Shown here piece by piece: positions 13,177 through 24,490 of a stretch of DNA of 64,000 nt (positions within the stretch are counted from its first letter, which is position 1; each line of letters starts with the position of its first letter). The notes beneath the pieces were generated by a model. It did no database searches. It had not been told where the DNA came from and saw nothing but the letters and a program-made list of their open reading frames with translations. This DNA comes from Azolla caroliniana (lineage: Eukaryota; Plantae; Polypodiophyta). The translations under genes were made by a program, and so were the position numbers. The DNA is taken from contig JBHGNT010000003.1 of the NCBI GenBank assembly GCA_043228905.1, positions 25,482,001 through 25,546,000 of the forward strand. Direction: 5' to 3'.

Positions 13177-16100
13177 TCAATTAGGTTGAACTAAAACAGC
13201 TTCAATCGACATGCTTTTAGAAGAGGCAACAACTTCTAACCGATCCCATGTGAGCTCTCTCCTCTCTTGCAATGATTTTGAGTTCATTTCGTCCTCTTCA
13301 AATTTACGTTTACAATACTCAAAAAGCTCATGATCCATTTCCATAAACATTTTTCTCACATTGAATGTGAGGCTGTGGACAGCCTGATTCCAGTGGCTTC
13401 TTGCATTCTTCTCTAAGGCTGGAAATATGATTGGCAGAATAACCTCTCGGTTTTGCTGAATGAGGCTTACAATATGATCATTGTTCCAAAAGAATAGTGC
13501 ACGCTCAGCAACCTACACAACCCAAATTTCATGGAAAAAAGATTTGTATGATAAATATTTGCAGTAAACATCAACAATGGGAGAGCCAAAATCTAATGTC
13601 ATGCGTAAAATCTAATCAAAGTTGTGAAATTTTGCTAGGGCTTATGATTCATTAGAGACAAGCTTTGTGGAAAAAAAACCATGCATGAATTGAATATACA
13701 ATCTGTTTATGCATAAAAAGAAACTCAAATTCCAAAAAACAAGTGCAAAATTATTGCTTTGCGAAAAGAATGAAATATATTGAAGCCTCTAAGAAATTGC
13801 AATGGACCATGAGACCTGACAAAGATTACAATCAAGAAAAATGTATTTCTACTCTACCTTCCTAGATGGATAACCAAAAATCAGGATTGATGCCTGACCA
13901 ATGGAATTGACCTTGCTTCATTCTGAAAATATTGATCATGCAGTGACCTGATTTTGCAACGTTAGTGGGGTGAGGAAGGTGTCTTCAAGTCATGTGATGA
14001 TGGCTTTGAATCTTATGAAGATATACACATCAGTGTCATGGTCCATACTGGCATTGATGATGTTGACATTGGAAACAGTTCTGGATTTGCCAATAAATTT
14101 GTTCCCCCCATGAACGTTTCCATGTGGGGTTGCATGGTCACATCTCAGGTTCTTTATCATACTGACTAGCAGGAGCCTTTCCCAAGTGTGGACATATTTT
14201 GGTATGTGCTTCCATGTATATGCTTGTGTGCATGTGGTCTAGATTAGTATGTGCGTGGTTGCAGGTGTGCTTGATTGTTTGTGTGCATGTTTGTGTATGT
14301 ATGTAGGCATTTATGTTTGAATGTGTGTGAAAGTAAAGAAAAAGCAAAACAAGTTTGGGGACCATGTACGCCAAATGCCAAGAGTGAGAAGCTAAACTTT
14401 TTAATCTTTACAAAAGAGAAGGTGCTAATTGGTTATGGGGGAGAAAAGTCCTATTGGTGGAGAGCTACATTACTAATAAAAAGAGAGAGAAGTAAGCAAG
14501 GGATATAAGCCTTTGAGAAAAAAAACAGCAGCAAGAAACAGAGATCTATTTCATCTTCATAAAGATTATTGTGACCTTTCTAATCATCATCCTTTTCTCC
14601 TCCTCCTCCTATAACATCAACATCCTCTTAATACTCCATATCACTATCAACTTCATTGTTAATATTACCTTCACCATATTTCCTGCTTTAACATCATTGT
14701 CATCATTATCTCCTTCAGCTTTCCAGAGATTAAGTCTACCTTACTGGTAGACATCAAGGATCCCAATTGGGAGGTTGAGAGAGTGCAGCTAGACAAACAG
14801 CTGTAATTGGCTCCTCAATATAATACAAGCTGTTTGTTTTGACTGTTCCTGAAATAGTTATGGGCGATAGTGTTGTCACTGCCTCATGAATTTAAGTGCG
14901 ATTTGGATCATTTTCTGTTCTCAATATCCAGAACAAGAGCAGTATCTCTAACTTTCAACATTATCCGCCAAGGTGGATCCTGAACCTCTCCCACAAGAGA
15001 TGTGCACCAAGCACTTTTGATGAGCATACTCCACTCTAAAAAGACATCCACGGTCTTGTCTATTTAAGTGAGATGTGGATATTTTATGTTCTTAACATCC
15101 ACAACAAGAGCAGTGTCTCAAACTCTCGTCGTTATCTGCCTAGGGGAACCAGTGAACCTCTCCATCAAAGAGACCCTTTTAGGAAGGATGTGCACCAAGC
15201 ATCTTTGATGAGTGCACTTCATTATTCTAAAGAGACAATGATATCTTGCTCTGATCTCATAAATACTCCAAGCAGCTTGGATGAGCATACTCCATCACTC
15301 TAAAGAGACATGCACAGACTTGTCTAAAGACAAAATGATATCTTTCTCTGATCTAAGAAATACACTGGGCGACTGGGATACATAATCATTCTCAGATTCC
15401 AACTTCCTGATAGCAAAGCTGACAGACTTGATCCTCTAGAGGTATTTATATACATCATCAAATCTCTATCCAGCACTAATGAGATCATGTCTGGACCTGG
15501 TCTATTGCTGTATGAAGGACATGTGACATATGTGTCTCCATATATTCGGCATGAAAACATCAGTGGACATGTGTACAAAGAGGGACTTTTAATTTGGCAT
15601 CTGCCATGTACTTCGAAACAATCTTTTCATTTTCAGTTTTACCTTCCATGGATAGAGATGCCTAGGTAATTATAAATGGGGTCTGCAAAACAACTTACAA
15701 AACTAATAACATCACAGTTTGAGTAATAAATGTCTATCAGAATACTGACTTTTCAAAGTTTAGATTATTACATTACATGTGCTTTATAGGACATGGCAAA
15801 AACCGTATGTTGTGCAATCAAAGTTAACCTTAGAGATTGAGTGCACATATCAAGAATAGATATACAATTATCATTGATATTCTCAGATTGATGAACCAAA
15901 TCCGACATGTCTACAATTCTATATAGGACATAAACAAGGAGTCCAAACAGTTCCAAACTAGACTATCATCAATATTGATACTTGATTCTTGAATTTTGTG
16001 ACGCGAGTTGAATGCCCAACTAAAAAACAACATTTGGAAGTAACTGATTATCAATTTAGAATTCAAAGAGTTGGCAATAGCATATCAGAATATATCCTTG

Positions 16101-18194
16101 TATAGCTGTACATTATTTCTTCTCGTGTGGGTATGCATCCTTTGAAATTTCTTCTTCTGTAGGCATAAGCGTGTAATTCTAGGCCATATTCATTGGCTAA
16201 TACATTGATTTGCATGTCGACAAAACATACACTGCCCATAAGTGCGTATTTCTAGGCCATATTCATTGGCTAATGCACTGATTTGCATGTCATTAGAACA
16301 CTACACTGCCGTAGGTGAGGTTCTCACAGGAAACAATGTATTCTGACTTTCTCAACAAGCACTAAGCAGCAGAATTCACTTCACTCCTACCTTGACTTCT
16401 AAACCACAGGTAGAAATATCCGATGAGAAAATGCCACTCATTCAGCTAAGCAAATACTTCCTATATTTTAGGAGCTAGTGAGGCTATTCTTGTCATTTTA
16501 GAAACTAAAAAGGATATTCTCAATATTTCGGGAAGTAATTAAGGATGCTTGCAATATTTTAGAGACTAATATGTGCACTTTTGATATCCCTAAAATAATG
16601 CCTGATAAAGCTACATATAGAAGTTTCAAAACTGATTTGACACCAGTTATTCAATAGGAAAACATCATTGATCAAAGGGTACTTTTGATCATTTTGAAGC
16701 TCCTAAGGGTACTTCTGTTATTTTATGGATATTTGTTGTATTCTAGAAACTAGTACAGCCATTCTCCAGATTCAGAGCAGTATTTTTTATAGATTCCCTA
16801 AATATAATCTCAACCATACCCTATGCATATAAGCATCAAAGCTGAGTAAACACAAAACTCCAAATTTTCATTGACTCAAGGAGACTTTTGATATGTTAGA
16901 ACTTAGAAAATAGAAAGGGTGCTTTGATATTTCAGAGGATTATTTAGGTACTTCTACAATTTCCCTAAATACAATGCCAGAGACACCAACGCAGAAACAT
17001 GAGTAGGAAACACCATTTAAATTAAAGGATAAAAGTCTTCCACACCTGAAAATGTGAGCTGTTAAGGCATCGTCCGATTTGCCGAAATAGAGGAACCATA
17101 CATCGTTGGAATTCCGCTGGTTGGGTTGCTTCCAATACCTCTTCTAATTCTCCTATGAATAGAACTTCCTTATGGCTATTTGTAACTGGCCAATACTTCA
17201 GCAATCCTCTTATTACAGTATCGGCGAGCTTCAAATCTTTTTCGACAAACTGAGTTATACAGTACGATAGTTGCCGATGATACATTGACACGCACTTTGG
17301 TTTGTGGAGTGGATTCAAAGCCCGAACAAGGAAAATCTTGTGTTCCTCCTTCAGAGGCAAAGCAAATCCGTTGATAATACTACCAAGTATTTCCAATAGC
17401 TCGGAAATGCCATTATGTCTCTCAGTTTCAAAGACAAACCTATAGAAAACATTGTTTATAGCCTTCCGAATGAAAGGCCGATGGACCATAAATTTACCAT
17501 AGATTCGATGGAGGATGGTCTTGAGGTAGTCTCTCTCTCTTGAATCCTCCGAATCAAATAGATCAATGAGCTTGAGTATGAAACAATGATCGATGTAACG
17601 TTTAGCTATCTTAGGATCAGTCTCTGACGACATGATGAATCGATGGAAAAGCTCATAAACAACTTGAAGGTGAGACCAAGAAGGTTCCGTGGCAGGTTCA
17701 TCTTCTTCGGGATCAAAGGAATCAAAAACTGAAGTCTCGTGTATCGATGGGGGTAAATCTCGGAATGCATTTACCGATACCATATGAACCACCTCTTCCA
17801 TGGCATTTTCAGAGAATTTACTACTGAAAGAGCCAATGAAATCAACCAACTCCAGTAGTGTTTGTCTCTTAACATCTTTTTCCTTCATGTTTTTGGAAGC
17901 ATCTGGTCCTACAAAATCAAACAAAACGCAACAAAGCCTAAGCTTTTTAATGAATAAACTCTGCTTCTCAGTGTTGCTAACTTCTCTAAGAAGAGGCAAC
18001 GGCTCGAAAAACTCGTTTTTTCCATCGTTTTCCGCTGTATTCTTCACACCATTGCTGAGTTGAGTATTGTCTGGGGCAGTGGCAATAGAAGGGCCTGAAT
18101 TCGGGTTTTTGACAAAATTCGCTCCTTCTTTCTCATATCCGTCTGGTTTCTGGGGTTTGTGGCGAGGGAGCTTTCCTAGTATTTGTTTTATCAT
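13177..18194 (-). CDS. Protein phosphatase 2A regulatory subunit B' (B56 family)
   Basis: Exons 18194-17046 and 13512-13177 are joined at the conserved SSHFQ|[14 protein letters not shown] junction. Starts [11 protein letters not shown]. Motifs [63 protein letters not shown] and [10 protein letters not shown]. Confidence 0.96.
14923..15330. repeat. Diverged ~170-bp tandem duplication in the PP2A B' intron
   Basis: aacaagagcagt.tctc...tgaacctctcc...gatgtgcaccaagca...gatgag occurs twice (~14923 and ~15095), with a partial third copy near 15280. Confidence 0.75.
16164..16310. repeat. Two-copy ~73-bp tandem repeat in the PP2A B' intron
   Basis: ttctaggccatattcattggctaat.ca.tgatttgcatgtc occurs twice. 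Confidence 0.85.
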
Positions 18195-18264
18195 GGCGAT
18201 GGAGATTCCTCTGTTCTTTAGCGAATCTTCATTCAGTGGGGGAAGCTTCGGATCGAGCTCGAGC

Positions 18265-18315
18265 TCAATGCAGGAATAGAGTTTCTGAGGGGCCGGTGCT
18301 TGTGTGCGACGCCAT
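18265..18315 (-). promoter_or_regulatory. Candidate upstream ORF (16 aa, [16 protein letters not shown]) in the PP2A B' leader
   Basis: ATG at 18315 in ccATGG context and TGA at 18267-18265, 70 nt before the main ATG at 18194. Confidence 0.45.
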
Positions 18316-18605
18316 GGGAGCAGTACTAGGGCATCAAAATCCACTGAGAATGCATCGGAGAACAGGGGAGGAAAGATAGAGACAGAGAGACTTATAACCT
18401 AAATATGTAATAGTAATAATAATTCTAAAGAGAAAAGGAGGGGCTTCTTCTTCTTCTTCTTCTTCTTCTTCTTTCTTCTTCTTTTCCAAATGAGAAGAGA
18501 AGGTTAGGCCGAGGAAGGAGAGAGAGAGAAGAAGAGAGAGAGAGAGAGAGAGATGTGATGTGATGTGAGGAGATAGATGTCCAATGTCCATGTCCACCCA
18601 AAGGG

Positions 18606-18606
<1 letters not shown>

Positions 18607-18690
<84 letters not shown>
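18607..18690. repeat. (CT)n then (ATCT)n microsatellite upstream of PP2A B'
   Basis: About 32 CT units followed by atct repeats. Confidence 0.95.
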
Positions 18691-18692
<2 letters not shown>

Positions 18693-20479
18693 CCATCTAT
18701 CTTCACACCCGATCTCGAATGACTCTATATAGATTGTGCAACGCCTCCCGCTTCCACCCACCTTTTGCCTGCCCTCGATCCGCCGCCTCGTCTACTCTCA
18801 CCGAGAGCCCCGTTCTTGTCTGACTGCCTGCATTGCCTCGTTCATGCCATTTCATGACATCTCTGAGGCCCTACTCCATGCAATCGCTCCTCGATCTATA
18901 TTGCAATGTGATGCATGCAACCTTGTGACCTATTCATGATGTTGTGTAAAATCACATTTGAGTCTGTTGCATTCAACTACTCGATCTATTCACGACATCA
19001 TCTAAGGTCACTTTGAAAAAAGTGGATGAGATTCACCTCCCCTACCACGATATTGTAACACATGCCATGCTTATAGTTTCGTCTACTAGTGTCGCTTTTA
19101 TTTTACTATTTGTCTATTGGCTATCTATCGCCTATCATGAGTATTATGTGTGCTTGCATCCAACCTTATCCCCGCTTTAATCCTCAACTAAATCAGTTGT
19201 CATGGTCATCTAATAGGTATCTTAATTTTGTACCATAAAAAGTGATGCAAGCAAAACAACACAAGAAAGCCTTTATGTAATCTTTGGACTCGGTTACTTC
19301 ATCCCTTAGACAAATTTATGTATGTATTGATGTGCTTTCTTGGTGCTTCAAGACAATGCGACAGGTCTTGTGTTTATTCTATCTCGACTATTTGTTGAAG
19401 AGGTTGTTTTGCTATAGTAATACATGCTAATGTGTTATAACTTCATTCCAATCAATCTAGCGATGTCTCTGAGTTACCTATTTTTGTCTTCCGAGGTCAA
19501 ATATGGCCTATGAGACCAAAAATATCACATTTCACGCGATACATGTGAAAGTGAGTAGCGATTCTCGGTGTTTGAGAATTTGTGAGGGAAATTTGTGCAA
19601 GGATTGAGCTTGCTCGAAGATGTGTGGAAAACATGCTCGAGTATGATCAAAGGTAGAGCATTGTTTCAAAGTGTAATACTTGACTCTTGAACTTGTTTAG
19701 GGCAAAACGTGCATACTCAATGTTCTCATGACTTGTGCACAACGCCCGACACACATGGCAATGTATGTGAGCTAATATGCATGGAAACAAGGGTTTGAAT
19801 GGCAAACAACGGGACGGGCTCTAACATGTATCGGTTTCCCCATTTTTTTAAGCATATGGTTTTGTAGTTAGGTGCAACATGTGTGGTATAATGTGTGAAG
19901 TGTGAGCCTCCACATTTGTTCTATGTCATGATACATTGGCATTGCAAAAAGGCCTCATTCACAAAGGATTTTAGTGATGCACGATGAAGCAAGTGTGTTA
20001 CGTCCCATCTACGAAACCGAAATTCCATATCTTGCATCTAACCAGAACATAAATTTTGGTTTTGATCTTTTTGCTAGCTTCCCATGCAATTCTAGGAAGT
20101 CAATGTGAGTAAGCAACATCTCAATGGGAAATGGTCTTGTTTCAAGGAGGAGGGTGTATGGCATTTGTGACACAATACAATGACATAAAATACATAGTTG
20201 GTGAGGATTGAACATGCAACCTTATGTAAATAAGATGTTATACTCAACCATTTTGATATGACCTTATATTTGAATAATGTGTTTGATCTAAAAATACTCC
20301 ATAGTCACGTACCTCTAGAAACTTCTAGAACTAGAAGGTTCTAGAGGATTCTAGAATATTCTCCAGGTTCTTCGCCTCATCACTTCCAAGTCCACATTTG
20401 TAGCCTTGTCGGTTGTATCCTCGTCGTCCGTGCTCCGTCATAGTCCATTGTTGGTGTGTATGTGACCGTTTGTTTCTTA

Positions 20480-20975
20480 ACTCGTAGAAAAATGTTTTTG
20501 GACATTTTCAAACTCTTTCCAAGTAGAGTTAGGGATGCAACTACCCCATAGAGAAGCACCCACGTCATCAATGTGTGGAAAAGGTATTTCTTGAGGACCC
20601 AACACTTAATATTCTCCATGCTTTCTCTCTTTCCTACCTTGTGTGTAGTGTAGCACATTCATTCCATCTATGACTTAAAGGAACTTCAAGGCCATTATAT
20701 TTAAAGATATCTATACATTTATGTGGCTCATCATTGTATAGAATGCATGGTTTATCTTTGTTTTGGCTCTTCACAAGCATAATCTTTGTTTTAGAGCCGT
20801 TGGCTGTTAATTTAGTATGCATGCAAAAAATTCCAATGCCTTCATAAGCTTATGTGCATCTCCGAAAGTATTTGCAAAAAACACTACATCATCCACATAT
20901 AACAAAAGCAAAATGACTACATTCCCAATGGTGAATTCTTCAACGCCTTCTTCCTTCACAAACTTGGCAACCATT
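20480..20975 (-). mobile_element. LINE reverse-transcriptase fragment
   Basis: The minus strand reads ...NVVILLLLYVDDVVFFAN (YxDD), then LTANGSKTKIML, FKYNGLE and LFHTLMTWVLLYG. This matches RT domains 5-7 and the thumb, with frameshifts. Confidence 0.8.
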
Positions 20976-21710
20976 TCTTACGTTTATCAATGGATACATA
21001 CATACATACATACATGTATATAGAGAGACATATAATGAGTTTTTGATATGTACTAAGGGAATTGGTCTTTACGTGCAACAAGTATCGATCTCACCCAAGT
21101 GTATTTACATCCGATGTATATTATTGTATGTATATTCATCATGGATGTTCTTCACAAGCCTTCTTGCAACTCGTTGTCATGTTGGCTGGTTGGAAAGGGA
21201 TGCGCTTACTTCAAATCCATAATGGAAGTTTATCGTATTTTTCCTTGTATACAACAATATAGTGAGTTGCATGGTAGATCGATTTGGTCGCTTTGGATGT
21301 CGATACGAAGCTAAAGGCATTCTTCATACAATGTTGGTGACACCAAATTCCATTGGTTCAGGTTAGACGCGATAGAGACCGGTCAGAGTCGGGTTCGTTA
21401 CGAGTGTCTCTATGCATGCATTCATACATGTACATATCTATTGATGTAATCATGTATGTATCAATATGTATGTATGTATGTATCATGTATGTATATGTAT
21501 GTATGTATGTATGTGGGTGGAAAAGAGAGCTCTGTCTCTGAGGCAAAAGGAGAGCTGACGCAGGGAGAGCCGGAGCGTTTAACGTCGTCCATACATTAAA
21601 CGTTTAACGTTTTGCCTGGTCTCGGGTTCTCTCCTCCCTTCCTCCCTTCCTCCCCCCCCCCTTCCCTCGGTAAGGTTTTTCCCAATTTGCCTGCTTTGTT
21701 TCTTGATTTT

Positions 21711-21750
<40 letters not shown>

Positions 21751-23261
21751 CAGATAATTAGTGGTGATTTCTTCTTCCTCTCATTCTCGTTGATCCAGAT
21801 CAGTATATATATATATATATTTATATTTATAATATAATTTGGTAATCATCAGGATTTCTTGAATGCTATTTTTTCATGGCTATAGATGTCAATCAAGGCT
21901 TTCTTTCCACTCAAATAAAGATCTGATATTTAGGGTTTCTCCAAGGTAAAGCTCCGAGTTTAGTTTTTTTTTCTCACATAATATGTTGATATATACGCTT
22001 TCTTTCCAATAAAGATGTCACATTAAGCTTTAAGAACTTGGATGTTTTTGGGTTGCTGCTAGATAAAGCTATGAATGAATTTAGGGGTGATCCCAGACGA
22101 AGATATGGATGTTTAAGGTTTTTACTCAGATAAAGATATCGATATTTAGGGTTTCTATCATATGAAGAGACGAGTTTAATGAACATGTTTTTTCAATTAG
22201 ACATGGCTTCCAAAAGCATATAATGGGGCAAAGGTCTTGAATGATCAAATTTTAAGCTTGATACATGAATGAAGATGCTCATCAAAAGACTGAATCGAAT
22301 AGGGAATCCAAATTGTTTTTACTTTTTTCTTCTCGATTTAGATTCTTAAGTTTTTATTTAGACAAATCCACCACCACCTCAAAGAATTAAGGTGATGTCA
22401 TGGACACCTCTGATTGGTGTGGAAATATCCAAGACTCCTTGAATTTAGTTGTGAAATGTATTTAGAGGGTTTGCATATGGTCACTGAAAATAGTCATCGA
22501 ATATATGTCAAGGGTTTGAATATATTCATAGCAAAGAGCCATTCTTCTATTTGAGGATGTTATTAAACTCTGACTGCATACAAGGCCAAGTAGTTTGCAA
22601 ATGAATAATCCTAGTTTTTCTTTATTCTTGACAAATTCTACTTTGCAACAATAGGAAACATGGACATTAAAGGATCTGAAGAGGCAATGATCCTATGTAA
22701 TATGGACTCACTTTGTTTGCCCCATTTATGACAAATTCTCCTCCTCAAACAATTGGAAAAACTGAAATAGGATTGAAAAAGTAAAATTCACATTCCTATG
22801 AATGCTTAGTTGCCACATGTCAGTTCCAACAAGGTTCAAATTCATGCTCTTTATTTGTATGGTCTAATGAGCTTCCCCAATATTCCATTGTTATCACATG
22901 TATATAACCACTGTGTGGGGCCAATCATAATAACTTCTTAACCTCAAAGTGCATGCGCTCTACATGCCTCATGATTTGTCCCTATGGTGAATGAACTAAT
23001 AATCAGTAGAGCTAAACAAGCAAAGATTGACATGATCAAATACCAAACATTAGATTGGAAAGACCAAAAATTGCAAAAGCTACTGAAAAGTTTATAAAAA
23101 CAAGCAAGAAATGACCAGCTAAATTGGAATCTTACCATTACTCTAGACTGTTGATGGAATTCTGGTCACCATTAACAGGAGTTCATAGTGACACTGCTGT
23201 CGCTTGTTCTTTAGTGTTGATATTCCTGTTACTGCAAAAAAGAATGCCTAAGTTATGCCAG

Positions 23262-23670
23262 TATCTGATTGCATTAATAATCACAGAAAGAAAGCGTATA
23301 AGATCTATGAAGAGGTGTCCTTGAATACCTTTAGCAGGCTAGTGTATTCTTGAAAGAGTGTTACATAGTGTAACGTAAGATACAATTACTTATGCTAGTA
23401 TCTGATTGAATTAATAATCACAGAAAGAAAGCGTATAAGATCCATGAAGAGGTGTCCTTGAATACCTTTATCAGGCTAGTGTGTTCATGAAAGAATGTTA
23501 CATAGTGTAACGTAGGATACAATTACTTATGCTAGTAGCTAATTGCATTAATAATCACAGGAAAAAAGCGTATAAGATCTATGAAGAGGTGTCCTTGAAT
23601 ACCTTTAGCAGGCTAATGTATTCTTGAAAGAGTATTACATTGTGTACTGTAGGACACAATTACTTATGCC
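23262..23670. repeat. Three-copy ~137-bp tandem repeat in the probable CGLD27 5' UTR intron
   Basis: ttaataatcacag.aa.aaagcgtataagatc.atgaagaggtgtccttgaataccttta occurs three times at ~137-bp spacing. Confidence 0.9.
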
Positions 23671-24490
23671 CAATCTTTCATCATTAAATTTGATTAGGAT
23701 ATTTTATATGCAAATAAGAAACAGCTCTCTCTATTGGATTGATGTTGTATATACGTATGTTTAGAACACCCTCAGGGTTTATGACATTCTACATAATACT
23801 CTTTTAACATTGTTTTTTGTGCTATCAAAGATCACCTCAATAACTATATGTAAAAGAGAATTCATCTCACTTTTACCCTTCAACAATTGTATATCATCAT
23901 GGTACTGTCAATCACAGATTGAGTTTGAATGTTTCTTTAGTTTATATGTGCAATTTTCTGATAGGAAAATTAATAATGCAGTTTTAGGACATGAAATAGA
24001 AATTTTCTTTTATAAACCATGAATGGCATAGTGTTTTCCTTCTTTGTATAACCGTCTGAAATCTCATAATAGGAAAATGAATGGGGAAAAAATTTGAAAT
24101 ATCTTTGAGTTATTATTGTTTATTTCCCAAGTGCCCTTATGGTTCCAGTGTCTTCTATGAACTGCCCCTGGTCAAACCTGAAAAAGAAGAATTGACTAGT
24201 AGTTGCTCAAATAGTAGAAATAATTGAGGAAAAAAGGATGGAAATGACCATTTAATTGATCGAGAGAGGGTTAACTGAGCGTGCGTGGAGAAAATAAAGA
24301 AAATGTAGGGGCATTTGGGTAAATAAAAAAATTCTGGGATATTTCAGGGTTCTTCCCAGAACCATGATACAGATATTGGTGAGAAAAACTGACACTTTAA
24401 TATAATCATGTTTTAGGGGAGAGGTGACTCCATAACTCAATAGATATTGGATTCAAGTTATATATTGGTACTCAAATCCTGGTTCCTGAC

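Noticed and set aside
14790-14890. Possible gypsy aspartic-protease remnant (TISGTVKNKQLVLY..GA) on the minus strand
   Set aside because: It is too short and degenerate, and no catalytic D[ST]G is visible.
18195-18344. 50-aa N-terminal extension of PP2A B' in the ORF track
   Set aside because: It starts at a GTG overlapping a probable splice acceptor, and family similarity begins at [11 protein letters not shown] (18194).
23262-23670. Regularly spaced repeats as a possible CRISPR-like array
   Set aside because: The whole 137-bp unit is repeated with no unique spacers, there are no cas genes, and the context is a eukaryotic intron.
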